IMG/VR virus record: IMGVR_UViG_2711768034_000004
From: a virus
Taxonomy: Duplodnaviria > Heunggongvirae > Uroviricota > Caudoviricetes
Length of the DNA stretch: 7,138 nt
Direction: 5' to 3' (one strand)
Both the position numbers and the translations under genes were made by a program. This document shows positions 6,314 through 7,138 of this stretch, piece after piece; within the stretch, counting starts at the first letter, position 1; each line of letters opens with the position of its first letter. Under the pieces are notes generated by a model. That model did not search any database and was not told where the DNA came from. It worked only from the letters and a program-made list of their open reading frames with translations.

Positions 6314-7138
<825 letters not shown>

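Overview
This window is a decayed Qin-type lambdoid prophage remnant from an enterobacterial (E. coli/Shigella-like) genome, bracketed by two different insertion sequences: the left end of IS2 (1-297) and the left end of IS3 (6842-7138). All prophage genes lie on the minus strand. From right to left they are: a short endolysin 3' remnant cut by IS3, an intact Rz/Rz1-type spanin pair (rzpQ with embedded rzoQ), an AT-rich moron cluster (cspI cold-shock gene, a possible Ogr/Delta-type zinc-finger ORF, a ynfN-like small ORF, gnsB, one more small ORF), a cos-like GC-rich element, a frame-disrupted Nu1/terminase-like remnant fused directly to a C-terminal fragment of lom, and a 945-aa side tail fiber gene whose last codons and stop are supplied by IS2. 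The head and tail morphogenesis module is absent. No tRNA, rRNA or CRISPR array is present, and I found no defence or toxin system. All homology calls rest on recalled reference sequences (lambda Stf, Lom, Nu1, gpA, IS2, IS3, CspI, GnsA/B, Ogr); no database search was run. The least-described element is the candidate Ogr/Delta zinc-finger ORF overlapping the 3' end of cspI.
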